DNA of 61,894 nucleotides from Pseudomonadota bacterium (GTDB lineage Bacteria > Pseudomonadota > Alphaproteobacteria > Sphingomonadales > Sphingomonadaceae). The stretch is taken from positions 1-61,894 of the forward strand of contig JBKPON010000013.1 in assembly GCA_046733135.1 (NCBI GenBank), given 5' to 3'. Under the pieces are notes generated by a model. It had not been told where the DNA came from and made no database searches. It was given only the letters and a program-made list of their open reading frames with translations. This document shows positions 36,453 to 46,561 of this stretch, piece after piece; the stretch's first letter is position 1, and every line of letters starts with the position of its first letter. Made by a program: the position numbers and the translations under genes.

Positions 36453-38135
36453 TCAGACGGCCGCCGTTTGTTTGGGCTGCGCGACGATCACGGGGTCGGC
36501 CGTCGCAAGATATTTGTGGATGGAGGCGACCGCCTGGGCGCCATCGCCGACAGCGGCCGCAACGCGCTTGACCGACGCGGATCGAACATCGCCGACGGCG
36601 AACACGCCGCGGCGACTGGTCTCCAACGGCAGTCGATCCGGGCCGATGTCGTCATCCGTCAGGACAAAGCCGCGATCGTCGAGCTTGATCCCGGAGCTTT
36701 GCAGCCAGTCGGTGTTCGGCTCCGCACCAATGAAGGAGAAGAGGAACCGCGCCGGGCAGCGGATCTCGCGGCCCGACGCTTGTTCGTGGATCCGCACAGC
36801 TTCGAGCTCACCGGGCTTTCCGTCGAGCTGATCGATTTCACATCCGATGACGACGTCCACATTGGGCAGGCTTTCGATCCGCTCGATCAGGTATCGCGAC
36901 ATGGTCTGGCTGAGCGGCCGACGGGCGACGAGAGTCACCTTGCTCGCTCGGTTGGCAAGGAAGACGGTCGCCTGGCCGGCGGAATTGCCTCCACCGACCA
37001 GCGCCACCTCCTGACCGGCCGCGAGGTCGGCTTCGAGGGGTGAAGCCCAATAATGCACGGACGAGCCTTCGAATTGGTCGAGATGGTCGACCCCGAGGCG
37101 ACGGTAACGCGCACCCGTTGCGAGCACGACGGCCCGTGCCTGAGCGCGCTCGCCAGTGGCCAAAAGGACATGGCAAGGTTCGTTGCCGCACTCGAGCTTC
37201 ACGGCTTCGTCGGGGATGGCGACTTCGACTCCGAACTTTTGCGCCTGGCTGAAGGCGCGGCCCATCAACGCCATTCCGGAAATACCGGTGGGGAAGCCGA
37301 GGTAATTTTCGATCCGCGCCGATGCGCCGGCCTGTCCGCCGAAGGAACGGCAGTCGATAGCAAGCACCGAGAGACCTTCGGAGCCCGCGTAAACCGCCGT
37401 TGCCAGGCCTGCCGGGCCGGCACCGATCACAACCACGTCATACAGGCGATTAGCGTCGATCGGGCCGACCAGGCCGACGCATCGCGCGAGCTGGGATTCG
37501 GTCGGATTGCGCAGCAGCTGCCCCCCTGGGCAGAGGACGATTGGAAGCTGCTCGGGCTCGACGCTGAACCGTTCGACGAGTGTCCGAGCGCAATTATCTT
37601 TCGCGGGATCGAGGTTCCGGTAGGGGTGGCCGTTGCGACGAAGGAAATTGACCAGCCGCAGCACGTCCGAATCGGCTTCACCGCCGACGATGATCGGCCC
37701 TGCGCCGGACTCGATCAGGCCAACGCGGCGGAGGATTAGCGCGCGCATGATACGCTCGCCGAGATCCGCTTCAGCAATCAACAGGGCGCGCAGCCGGTCC
37801 GGCGCGATCGCGACCGCCTCCACATCGGTCAATGCAACCGCGTCGACCAGCGAAGGGCGCCCCGAAAGCTGCGCGAGCTCGCCCGTGAAATTGCCGCGCT
37901 CGTGAGTCACGATAGGCGCACGCTGACCACCACCGTCATGTTGGGTCACCTCGAGCTTACCCGCGAGGACCAACTGCAGGCCCGGCGGAACGTGGCCGAC
38001 GCGCGCGACCACTTCGCCCGCGCGGTAGCTGCGCGGCTCACCGAATTTGGCGAGCCGCGCGAGCTCCGTGTCCGTCAGGCGCGGGAACATTTGCGCCCCG
38101 CGCGTTCCAACGATGTCCTGACGGGCGTCAGTCAT
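36453..38135 (-). CDS. cNMP-binding-domain thioredoxin-reductase-like flavoprotein
   Basis: N-terminal cNMP fold (FTGELAQL..RP); GAGPAG, GGQAG, IENYLGFP, VGGGNSAG, FAVGDVR; CxxC position reads WASP. Confidence 0.88.
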   Translation of the reverse strand: MTDARQDIVGTRGAQMFPRLTDTELARLAKFGEPRSYRAGEVVARVGHVPPGLQLVLAGKLEVTQHDGGGQRAPIVTHERGNFTGELAQLSGRPSLVDAVALTDVEAVAIAPDRLRALLIAEADLGERIMRALILRRVGLIESGAGPIIVGGEADSDVLRLVNFLRRNGHPYRNLDPAKDNCARTLVERFSVEPEQLPIVLCPGGQLLRNPTESQLARCVGLVGPIDANRLYDVVVIGAGPAGLATAVYAGSEGLSVLAIDCRSFGGQAGASARIENYLGFPTGISGMALMGRAFSQAQKFGVEVAIPDEAVKLECGNEPCHVLLATGERAQARAVVLATGARYRRLGVDHLDQFEGSSVHYWASPLEADLAAGQEVALVGGGNSAGQATVFLANRASKVTLVARRPLSQTMSRYLIERIESLPNVDVVIGCEIDQLDGKPGELEAVRIHEQASGREIRCPARFLFSFIGAEPNTDWLQSSGIKLDDRGFVLTDDDIGPDRLPLETSRRGVFAVGDVRSASVKRVAAAVGDGAQAVASIHKYLATADPVIVAQPKQTAAV

Positions 38136-39017
38136 TCAGGCCGGAACGGGTTCGGCAACGGCCTGGTCCACATCGGCCGCGAGATCCTGCCCACGGATGA
38201 AGGCGAGTAGGTCCGCATTGATCAACTCCGGATGCGTGCAATGACATCCGTGCGGCAAATCCTTGTAGGTCTTGAGCGTGCCCTTCCTCAGCAGCTTGGC
38301 CGCGAGCGGCGCGGAATCCGCGTAAGGCACGATCTGGTCGTCCTCGCTGTGGATGACCAACACCGGCACATCGATCGTCTTCAGATCTTCGGTGAAATCG
38401 GTTTCCGAAAAAGCCTTGATGCACTCGTAACCCGCCTTGACGCTGCCCATCATGCCTTGCCGCCACCAATTGCGAATGAGGCCTTCGGATATCTTCGCCC
38501 CGGGGCGGTTGAAGCCATAGAATGGACCAGTCGGTATATCGAGATAGAGCTGAGCGCGATTCGCGGCGAGCGCGGCGCGATAGCCATCGAACACCTCGAT
38601 CGGAGTCCCGCCGGGATTGGAGTCCTTCTTCACCATTACCGGAGGCACCGCGTCCAGCAGGACGGCCTTGGCGACACGTCCCGGCTCAGCCCGCGCGACA
38701 TAATGGGCAACTTCGCCGCCACCGGTCGAATGGCCGATGTGAACGGCATTCTTGAGGTCGAGCTTCGCGACCAGTTCGGCCACGTCGGATGCGTAGGTGT
38801 CCATCTCATTGCCATGGTCGGTCTGGCTCGATCGTCCGTGGCCACGGCGATCGTGGGCGATCACCCTGAAGCCCTTGTCAAGGAAGAACATCAACTGGTT
38901 GTCCCAGTCGTCGGCGCTGAGCGGCCAGCCATGATGGAAGACAATCGGCTGCGCGTCCTTGGGACCCCAATCTTTGTAAAAGATCTCAGCGCCGTCTTTG
39001 GTAGTGATAAATGGCAT
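38136..39017 (-). CDS. Non-heme chloroperoxidase-like alpha/beta hydrolase
   Basis: FYKDWG, HHGWPL, HDRRGHGRS, GHSTGGGE, DDQIVP, PHG. Confidence 0.9.
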   Translation of the reverse strand: MPFITTKDGAEIFYKDWGPKDAQPIVFHHGWPLSADDWDNQLMFFLDKGFRVIAHDRRGHGRSSQTDHGNEMDTYASDVAELVAKLDLKNAVHIGHSTGGGEVAHYVARAEPGRVAKAVLLDAVPPVMVKKDSNPGGTPIEVFDGYRAALAANRAQLYLDIPTGPFYGFNRPGAKISEGLIRNWWRQGMMGSVKAGYECIKAFSETDFTEDLKTIDVPVLVIHSEDDQIVPYADSAPLAAKLLRKGTLKTYKDLPHGCHCTHPELINADLLAFIRGQDLAADVDQAVAEPVPA

Positions 39018-39317
39018 GGGGATTTGCCCTCTCGAATGGGAATGCCGGCCAGCGGGACCGGCGCCTACGTCCCGATCGGCCGAAGGGCGGGCTTGCTACT
39101 CGGTCCGCCGGACGCGCCGGACTCGCTCGTGACGGTGACGGCCCCGTAACAGGACTCCCGTGACAACGGAATGACGCGACTCGGCGGCTGGTCCCGCGAT
39201 TATGTCCGAGCGTCGGGACATTAAAAATGCGGACGGGCCGCGCCAGCCGTTGCGCTCATGGGCCGGGCCGTTAAATTCCGCCTCGTCGAACTGGTTTTCT
39301 CCGGAGAATTCAAGCTG

Positions 39318-42125
39318 ATGCGTTTTTCAAGCCGCTTCGCCCTGCTTGCCGCCGCGACGATCCTCACGCCGTCCGCCTTAGCCGCGACGCCCGCGTCCAA
39401 GTCGGTTCCCATTCCCGCGCTCGTCAAGCAAGTGTCGATTCCACACACGACTTTCCGGCTCGCGAACGGCCTGACGGTGATTGTCCATGAAGATCACAAG
39501 GCGCCGATCGTCGCAGTCAACGTGTGGTACAATGTGGGATCGAAGGACGAGCCGAAGGCCAAGACCGGCTTCGCCCACCTGTTCGAACATCTGATGTTCA
39601 ACGGCACCGAAAATCTGCAGGGCGACTATTTCACTTACCTGGAGCAGGTCGGCGCGACCGATTACAACGGCACGACCTCCTACGACCGAACTAATTATTT
39701 CGAGACCGTGCCCACTGGAGCGCTGGAGCGCGCATTGTTCATGGAAAGCGACCGCATGGGCCATCTGCTCGGCGCGGTGACCCAGGGCGTACTCGATAAT
39801 CAGCGTAGCGTCGTCCAGAACGAAAAGCGCCAAGGGGACAGCCGCCCGGGCGGGTTGGTTCAGTACGAAATGTTCGGCAATCTCTTCCCGCCGGGCCACC
39901 CCTACCATCACACCACCATCGGATCGATGGCTGACCTCGATGCCGCGAGCCTCGAGGACGTGAAGCAATGGTTTCGCGACAAATACGGGCCGAACAACGC
40001 CGTGCTCGTGATTGCCGGCGACGTCACCGCAGCGCAGGCCCGGCCACTCGTGGAAAAGTATTTCGGGGATATCGCGCGCGGTCCCGTGAACAACCCGGCG
40101 ATGGCGACGGTGCCCACCTTGGCCAAGCCCAAGACCATCGAAATGAAAGACAATGTCGCGACCACCATCATTCAGCGCTATTGGGCGGTCCCAGGATTGC
40201 TCGACAAAAAGCTGGCGGCGCTCGACATCGGAGGATCGGTTCTCGGCGGCCTCGCCAGTTCGCGTCTCGACAAGATCTTGGTGCGCGATGAAAAGATCGC
40301 GGTCGGAGTCAGCGCGGGGCTCACTCCGCTGCAACGGGCGGGAATATTCTCGGTCAGCGCCTACGTGAAGCCGGGCGTCGATCCGACCTTGGTCTCCAAG
40401 CGGCTCGACCAGGTGATGGCCGACTATCTCGCCAAAGGACCGACCGCCGATGAAGTCGAGCGCGCGGTCATGAGCGAGGTTTCGAACCGGATCCGCGGCC
40501 TGGAGCAGGTCGGCGACTTCGAAGGGAAGGCATCGACCCTGGCAGAAGGCCAGACATACGCCCACGACAGCGACTTCTACAAAAAGACGCTCGCGTCCTA
40601 TGCCGCGATCACTCCGGCGGTTGTCCGCACGACCATGCAGCAGTGGCTGCGGCGACCAGCGCTGACGATCATCCTTTCGCCCGGTGAACGCGCCGCCTAT
40701 GCGGAATCGAAGAGCAATGGCGAGGTGAAGCCGGCTCCCGACAAGGCCGCCGGCCTCCAACTGAAACCGACGCGGCAGCTCCCGCCCGTTGGCCAGCTGG
40801 CAGCGCTCGATTTCCCAACGATCGAGCATCTGCAACTCGCCAACGGAATGCCGGTTGAATATGTGCAGCGCACCGCGGTTCCGGTGACCCAAATGGCGCT
40901 GGCGTTCGACGCCGGTGACTCTGCCGACAGTCCCACTGCGCGTGGCCTCGCTGCGCTAACGGCCCAACTGCTGGATGAAGGCACGACGTCGCTGACATCG
41001 CAGGAACTTGCGGAGGCCGAGGAACGGCTTGGAGCCAATGTCAGCGCCAACAACACGGCCGACCGTTCCTATGTGATGCTCAACGCGCTTTCGTCAAACA
41101 TCGCGCCGTCGCTCGACTTGCTTGTCGACGTGGTGAAGAATCCCGCGTTCCGGGCGACGGACATCGACCGGTTGAAGGCGCAGACCCTGACAGCCATCGC
41201 GCAGTTGCAGAAGGACCCGACGCGGGTGGCGAACCGCTTGCTACCTAGCGTATTGTTCGGGGCGAACCACCCGTATGGCGGGCCGGCGGGCGGCGACCCG
41301 AAGGCTATTGCCGCCTTCACGCGCGACGATTTCGTCGGGTTCCAGCACCACTGGCTGCGCCCCGACAATGGGAAGCTGTTCGTCGTCTCGAGCCTGCCCT
41401 GGTCAGAGCTCAAGCCGCTGATCGACGAACGCCTCGGGCAATGGGCGGCGCCGACTGCTGCGAGGGGGGTGAAGAGCTTCACTCCTCCTCCGTCGCGTCC
41501 GGGCGCGCAGAAGATCCTCCTCGTCAATCGCCCTGGCGCGCCGCAGTCGAGCATCGTCGGCGGCCAGCTGATCCCCATCGATCCCAAGGGAGATGTCGTT
41601 CCGCTAGACGCGGCCAACGACGTCCTCGGCGGCGACTTCCTGTCACGACTCAACATGGACCTGCGCGAGGAGAAGGGCTGGTCTTATGGCGTGAGCGGCC
41701 GAACGCGGCTGCTCGAAAACGGCGTGAGCTACGTGATTTCCGCGCCTGTCCAGGCAGACAAGACCGGCGATGCGCTGCTCGAGCTCAACGCGCAGGTGAA
41801 CCAGTTCCTCGCCAACAAAGGGGTCACCCAAGAGGAGCTCGAGCGGACCATCGCGAGCAAGGTCAACGAGCTTCCCGGCGAGTTCGAGACGGGAGGGGCG
41901 GTGATTAGCGCGCTGATGGCCATGGACCTGCTCAAGCGACCCGATAATTACTACGAGCTGCTTCCGGCCAAATATCACGCCCAGACAGCTCAGTCGCTCG
42001 ATCAAGCCATTCGCGGCGTGATCGATCCCAAGGGTTTCACCTGGATCGTGGTCGGCGACGCTGCGACCGTGCGGCCGCAGCTGGAAAAGCTGGGCATGCC
42101 GATCGAGGTGGTCGAAGCGCCCTAA
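39318..42125 (+). CDS. M16 family zinc peptidase (pitrilysin-like), exported
   Basis: Signal peptide; GFAHLFEHLMF (HxxEH); second half with LREEKGWSYG. Confidence 0.93.
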   Translation: MRFSSRFALLAAATILTPSALAATPASKSVPIPALVKQVSIPHTTFRLANGLTVIVHEDHKAPIVAVNVWYNVGSKDEPKAKTGFAHLFEHLMFNGTENLQGDYFTYLEQVGATDYNGTTSYDRTNYFETVPTGALERALFMESDRMGHLLGAVTQGVLDNQRSVVQNEKRQGDSRPGGLVQYEMFGNLFPPGHPYHHTTIGSMADLDAASLEDVKQWFRDKYGPNNAVLVIAGDVTAAQARPLVEKYFGDIARGPVNNPAMATVPTLAKPKTIEMKDNVATTIIQRYWAVPGLLDKKLAALDIGGSVLGGLASSRLDKILVRDEKIAVGVSAGLTPLQRAGIFSVSAYVKPGVDPTLVSKRLDQVMADYLAKGPTADEVERAVMSEVSNRIRGLEQVGDFEGKASTLAEGQTYAHDSDFYKKTLASYAAITPAVVRTTMQQWLRRPALTIILSPGERAAYAESKSNGEVKPAPDKAAGLQLKPTRQLPPVGQLAALDFPTIEHLQLANGMPVEYVQRTAVPVTQMALAFDAGDSADSPTARGLAALTAQLLDEGTTSLTSQELAEAEERLGANVSANNTADRSYVMLNALSSNIAPSLDLLVDVVKNPAFRATDIDRLKAQTLTAIAQLQKDPTRVANRLLPSVLFGANHPYGGPAGGDPKAIAAFTRDDFVGFQHHWLRPDNGKLFVVSSLPWSELKPLIDERLGQWAAPTAARGVKSFTPPPSRPGAQKILLVNRPGAPQSSIVGGQLIPIDPKGDVVPLDAANDVLGGDFLSRLNMDLREEKGWSYGVSGRTRLLENGVSYVISAPVQADKTGDALLELNAQVNQFLANKGVTQEELERTIASKVNELPGEFETGGAVISALMAMDLLKRPDNYYELLPAKYHAQTAQSLDQAIRGVIDPKGFTWIVVGDAATVRPQLEKLGMPIEVVEAP

Positions 42126-42131
42126 CCCTGG

Positions 42132-42160
42132 TTCCTCCCTATCCGAAGGCTGGGGAGGGA
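42132..42160. terminator. Hairpin between convergent genes
   Basis: TTCCTCCC...GGGAGGGA stem. Confidence 0.5.
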
Positions 42161-43222
42161 CTAAAGCTTGACCCGAGTCACGTGCCCCATCTTCCGGCCC
42201 GGCCGGGCTTCCCCCTTGCCGTAGATGTGAACGTGGGCCTGCGGGTCGGCGACGAAATCGGCCCAGCGGTTCACATCGTCGCCAATGAGGTTGTCCATGA
42301 CGGAGCCGCGCCCGACCAGATCGGTCGAACCTGGCGGAAGGTCGCAGATCGCGCGAATATGCTGCTCGAACTGCGAGGTGACAGCGCCCTCGATTGTCCA
42401 ATGGCCGCTATTGTGAACACGCGGCGCGATCTCGTTCACCAGTGGACCTTCGGCGCTGGCAAAGAATTCAACCGTCAACACACCGACGTGATCGAGCGCT
42501 TCAGCGATGCGAAGTGCAGCTTCGCAAGCCTCCACCACCTGAACTGCGACGAGGTCGCTACACGGTACGCTCGAGCGGCGCAGAATCCCGCTCCCGTGCT
42601 CATTCTGCGGCGAGTCCCAAAAAGCGTGGCGTCCGTCGGCCCAACGGGCGACGATCACCGAGAACTCCGCGACGAAATCGATGGCGGCTTCGGCTACCGC
42701 CGGTTCCGCGCCGATCGCCTCCCACGCGGCCTGCTCCTCGCGCCGCGATCTGATCCAGGCCTGGCCCTTGCCGTCATAGCCGTAGCGGCGGGTCTTCAGC
42801 ACCAGCGGTAGGCCTACCTTGAGAACGGCTGCCGTGACGTCCGCCAAGCTCGTCACTTCGCGCCATGGGGCCACACGGGCGCCGCAGCGCTCGATGAACG
42901 CTTTCTCGTGCGCCCGATCCTGCGCGATCGCGAGCGATCTCGTCCCGGGGCGAAGCTTGGACCCGAGGGCCTGCAACGGATCTGCTGGCAGATTCTCGAA
43001 TTCATACGTCGCGACGTCGACTTGGGCTGCGTACCGTTCGAGTGCCGCCGAATCATCGTAAGCGGCACGCGTGAAGAAAGCGGCGACATCGGCTGCCGGT
43101 GGATGCTCGTGCGGATCGAAGATATGGCATTGGTAGCCGAGCTGCGCCGCGGCCATCGCCAGCATGCGGCCGAGCTGGCCACCGCCAATGATCCCGATAG
43201 TGGAGCCCGGAGGAACCGTCAT
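42161..43222 (-). CDS. purK: N5-carboxyaminoimidazole ribonucleotide synthase
   Basis: [43 protein letters not shown]. Confidence 0.96.
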   Translation of the reverse strand: MTVPPGSTIGIIGGGQLGRMLAMAAAQLGYQCHIFDPHEHPPAADVAAFFTRAAYDDSAALERYAAQVDVATYEFENLPADPLQALGSKLRPGTRSLAIAQDRAHEKAFIERCGARVAPWREVTSLADVTAAVLKVGLPLVLKTRRYGYDGKGQAWIRSRREEQAAWEAIGAEPAVAEAAIDFVAEFSVIVARWADGRHAFWDSPQNEHGSGILRRSSVPCSDLVAVQVVEACEAALRIAEALDHVGVLTVEFFASAEGPLVNEIAPRVHNSGHWTIEGAVTSQFEQHIRAICDLPPGSTDLVGRGSVMDNLIGDDVNRWADFVADPQAHVHIYGKGEARPGRKMGHVTRVKL

Positions 43223-43701
43223 TCGGGAGCGTCGGCCACCGAGTCCGTCTGACTTTCGCGCCAAGTCTCGAGGCGGTCGGCGAGGCCCTCATCGCTTGTC
43301 GCCAGAATCGCCGCGGCGAGAAGCGCCGCGTTGGTCGCGCCGGACTTGCCGATCGCCAGCGTTCCCACGGGTATTCCCGCCGGCATCTGCGCGATCGACA
43401 GCAGGCTATCGAGGCCTCCCAACGCCGCGGAATGGACGGGGACTCCCAGGACAGGGAGCGTCGTCATTGATGCGGTCATTCCCGGGAGGTGCGCCGCGCC
43501 GCCCGCGCCGGCGATGATGACCTTGAGCCCGCGCTGCTTCGCGGACGACGCATAATCGTAGAGTCTCTTGGGCGTCCGATGGGCGGAGACAATCTTCACC
43601 TCATGCGCGATTCCAAGCGCCTCGAGTGTTTCCGCGGCGTGACGCATCGTCTCCCAATCGGAATTCGACCCCATGATGATGCCGACCCGCGGCTCGGTCA
43701 T
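43219..43701 (-). CDS. purE: N5-CAIR mutase
   Basis: [34 protein letters not shown]. Confidence 0.97.
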   Translation of the reverse strand: MTEPRVGIIMGSNSDWETMRHAAETLEALGIAHEVKIVSAHRTPKRLYDYASSAKQRGLKVIIAGAGGAAHLPGMTASMTTLPVLGVPVHSAALGGLDSLLSIAQMPAGIPVGTLAIGKSGATNAALLAAAILATSDEGLADRLETWRESQTDSVADAPE

Positions 43702-43843
43702 TGTCCCGCCTTGAAGCAGTTGCCGGAAGCGCGGTCGTTTAGGGGGAGGAAGTGGGGTAGGCAATTGGTCCGACCGTGATGAATCGGTCACACCCGGGCG
43801 CCACGACGAAGAGATAGCATTTTCAAGGGTTTGGAATCAGGTT

Positions 43844-44458
43844 ATGTCGACGGAACACGAGGGGGAGCCACTTGGGGCAATGGCCGACCAACTGACCGAC
43901 GTTTCCGATGCCGAGTCCTTGGTCTCGGAGATCGTGCGCCTGCGGGGGCAGGTCGCGCAGCTCAACGAACGCGTCGAGCAGCTCGATCGACTCGCTCACC
44001 AGGATTCGTTGATCAATCTGCCGAACCGCCGCGGGTTCATGCGCGCGCTCGAGCGACTAATCGATCGCGCACAGCGCTACGGTCACAGCGCTGCGATGCT
44101 GTTCGTCGACCTCGACGGCTTGAAGATGATCAACGACACGTTCGGCCACCGCGCGGGGGACGAAGCGCTCATCCAGGTCGCGGGACTGTTGAACGACGGA
44201 GTGAGACGCAGCGATATCGTCGCTCGGATTGGCGGCGACGAGTTCGGGATTCTGCTCGAAAGTGCCGACGAGGAAAATGCGCACGAGACTGCGAATCGCC
44301 TCGTGGATCTGATTTGCGGCTGCGGGTTCAGCCACGACGGCGCCTCGCTTCCACTCAGCGTTGCAATCGGGGTCGGAATGATTGACGGCAGCGAGACCGC
44401 CGAAGACGTGATGGCTCGGGCCGATGAGGAAATGTACCGGCGTAAGGCGGCGGCTTAG
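43844..44458 (+). CDS. Diguanylate cyclase (coiled coil plus GGDEF)
   Basis: NRRGF, DLDGLKMINDTFGH, RIGGDEF. Confidence 0.92.
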   Translation: MSTEHEGEPLGAMADQLTDVSDAESLVSEIVRLRGQVAQLNERVEQLDRLAHQDSLINLPNRRGFMRALERLIDRAQRYGHSAAMLFVDLDGLKMINDTFGHRAGDEALIQVAGLLNDGVRRSDIVARIGGDEFGILLESADEENAHETANRLVDLICGCGFSHDGASLPLSVAIGVGMIDGSETAEDVMARADEEMYRRKAAA

Positions 44459-44464
44459 TTCCAC

Positions 44465-44585
44465 GAAATCCGCTGATCCTGAGTAAGGACTAACTTATCG
44501 AAGGCCTGTGTCGAAGAACGATCCTTCGAGACGGCACTTCGATGCGCTTCGCTTACTCAGTAGGTCTTCGGGATGAGCGGATTTC
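44465..44585. repeat. REP/MITE-like long imperfect palindrome
   Basis: Ends GAAATCCGCTGATCC / GGATGAGCGGATTTC; internal pairs CTGAGTAAG/CTTACTCAG and TCGAAGG/CCTTCGA. Confidence 0.7.
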
Positions 44586-44586
44586 T

Positions 44587-45273
44587 TTACGCCTCTCCAA
44601 GGAAATAACGCCGCACGACCGACAGATCGTCGGATAGGTCGTAGACGATCGGCTCGCCCGTCGGAATTTCCAGGCTAACGATTTCCTGGTCCCCGATGTT
44701 CGACAGGAATTTTATGATCCCGCGCAGCGAATTGCCGTGCGCGACGATGAGCACGCGCTTGCCGGCCCGAAGCGCCGGCTCGACGTCGGAATGATAGTAG
44801 GGGAGGGCTCGCTCGATCGTGTCCTTGAGGCTCTCGGTGCGCGGCACTTCAACTTCGGCATAGCGTCGGTCGCCGCTGACGTCATAAGGGCTGTCGTCAG
44901 GGAGCGGCGGCGGCGGGACGTCATAGGAGCGGCGCCATATCTTGACCTGTTCCGCCCCAACCTCATCGATCATCTCCTGCTTGTTGAGACCGGTGAGGCC
45001 GCCGTAGTGGCGCTCGTTCAGGCGCCAGTCCTTGGCCACCGGCAACCACAGCTGATCCATTTCATGCAGGGCGAGGTGCAAAGTACGGATCGCGCGCGTC
45101 AGCACGCTCGTGAAGCAGCAATCGAAGTCGAAACCGCGTTCCTCGAGCAACTTGCCGGCGTCGCGTGCCTCGATGACTCCGGCCGGTGACAGATCGACGT
45201 CCCACCAACCTGTAAAGCGATTCTCCAGGTTCCACTGCGATTGCCCGTGCCGAAGCAGGACGAGCGTCGGCAT
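44587..45273 (-). CDS. gpmA: 2,3-BPG-dependent phosphoglycerate mutase
   Basis: LLRHGQSQWN, LNERHYG.LTGLNK, WRRSYD, AHGNSLR. Confidence 0.97.
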   Translation of the reverse strand: MPTLVLLRHGQSQWNLENRFTGWWDVDLSPAGVIEARDAGKLLEERGFDFDCCFTSVLTRAIRTLHLALHEMDQLWLPVAKDWRLNERHYGGLTGLNKQEMIDEVGAEQVKIWRRSYDVPPPPLPDDSPYDVSGDRRYAEVEVPRTESLKDTIERALPYYHSDVEPALRAGKRVLIVAHGNSLRGIIKFLSNIGDQEIVSLEIPTGEPIVYDLSDDLSVVRRYFLGEA

Positions 45274-46439
45274 CAGGCGACAGCCTTCTCACGTTTCGCT
45301 GCTCTGGCTTTGGCCGCCCTCAGCTCCGGCAGAATGGCGTGGAGCGCGTCGAGGCAGGCGTAAGCCAGATATTTCGAACGCTGCGGCGACCAGCCGTAGA
45401 CCTCATCGGGCAAGTCGAAATTGTCCTTGAACGGCATTTCGAGCGTCATCGACACACAGCCGTAGCGTTCGGCGAGCTGGGTCGTCGACATGGACATGTT
45501 CGCTTCGCCTGGCGCCGGGACCTCATATCCTTGCGTTCGCTGAAAATCGGGCGAAAGCCGCTCGAGAGTCTCGCTGAAGAGGCTGAACAGCTTTTGCTGT
45601 CCTTCCGTGATTGACGGAATCCCTTCGAAGCCGGCGAGGAAGTTCGCCGGAATGGCCTCGTCGCCGTGCACGTCCATGGCGAAGTCCACTCCGGTCTCAT
45701 CCATCGCGTTTCGCACGCAGAGCACTTCCGGGCTCTTCTCTGAAGATGGCGCATGCCATTCGCGGTTGAGGTTCACGCCAACGGCGTTGGTCCGCAAGTG
45801 CCCTCGGCGCGAGCCGTCGGGATTCATGTTCGGCACCACGTGGAATGTGCATTCGCGGCGAAGCATCCGGGCGACGGGGTCGTCTTCATCGGTGAGCTTC
45901 TCGAGCGCTCCTTCCATCCACCATTCAGCCATCGTCTCGCCCGGGTGTTGGCGGGCATAGAGCCAGACATTGAGCGGCCCGTTGCCAAGCGTAAGGCAGT
46001 CGATGTCCTGCCCGTCGATGCTCTTGCCCAGCGAGGCGTAGCCGACATCCGCTAGCGTTGCGGTCTGTGTCACGAGATCGTGATGCCGCTCCATCGAATA
46101 CGGTGCGAAATAAGCGACCCACACCACGTCTTGCGGCGGCGTCAGCTTCATTGTCAGCACGCCATCGGCATAGCTGGTGTCGGAGATGCGCACCCATTGC
46201 TCGCGGTCGAGCGACATCACGCCTTTGTAATCTGGCCAGCCGTGCGGATAGGCAGACCCGGAGCAGTTGGTGATTCGCAGAGTGACCTCGCGGCCCGCCG
46301 CTCCGGCTACGCGAAAATAGAACCACTGATAGAAGTCGGACATGTGATCCTTGCCGATCTCCAGATCGACGCGGTCGCCCTCTTGCTCGACGACGCGAAT
46401 GTTGCCGGCGTCAAAAGAGCTAGAAATCGTAATTGCCAT
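45273..46439 (-). CDS. M14 cytosolic-type carboxypeptidase
   Basis: FDAGNI, QWFYF, AYFAPY, RQHPGE, NPDG, NLNREW, DVHGDE, TLEMPF. Confidence 0.92.
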   Translation of the reverse strand: MAITISSSFDAGNIRVVEQEGDRVDLEIGKDHMSDFYQWFYFRVAGAAGREVTLRITNCSGSAYPHGWPDYKGVMSLDREQWVRISDTSYADGVLTMKLTPPQDVVWVAYFAPYSMERHHDLVTQTATLADVGYASLGKSIDGQDIDCLTLGNGPLNVWLYARQHPGETMAEWWMEGALEKLTDEDDPVARMLRRECTFHVVPNMNPDGSRRGHLRTNAVGVNLNREWHAPSSEKSPEVLCVRNAMDETGVDFAMDVHGDEAIPANFLAGFEGIPSITEGQQKLFSLFSETLERLSPDFQRTQGYEVPAPGEANMSMSTTQLAERYGCVSMTLEMPFKDNFDLPDEVYGWSPQRSKYLAYACLDALHAILPELRAAKARAAKREKAVA

Positions 46440-46561
46440 GGATTTTCGCTCGGATCCGTTCGGAAGCTGGCGATCTGATAGACGAAAATGAACGACCCGC
46501 AACCATTCGGGGCCGGGCTTGGCTGGCGTCGCGGCTGTTCCTCGGCTAGCGACCGCTTCCC

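Noticed and set aside
39378-40892. Long antisense ORFs such as 39378-40892, 32001-33215, 16730-17842 and 26983-28011
   Set aside because: Shadow frames of GC-rich genes with no recognisable motifs
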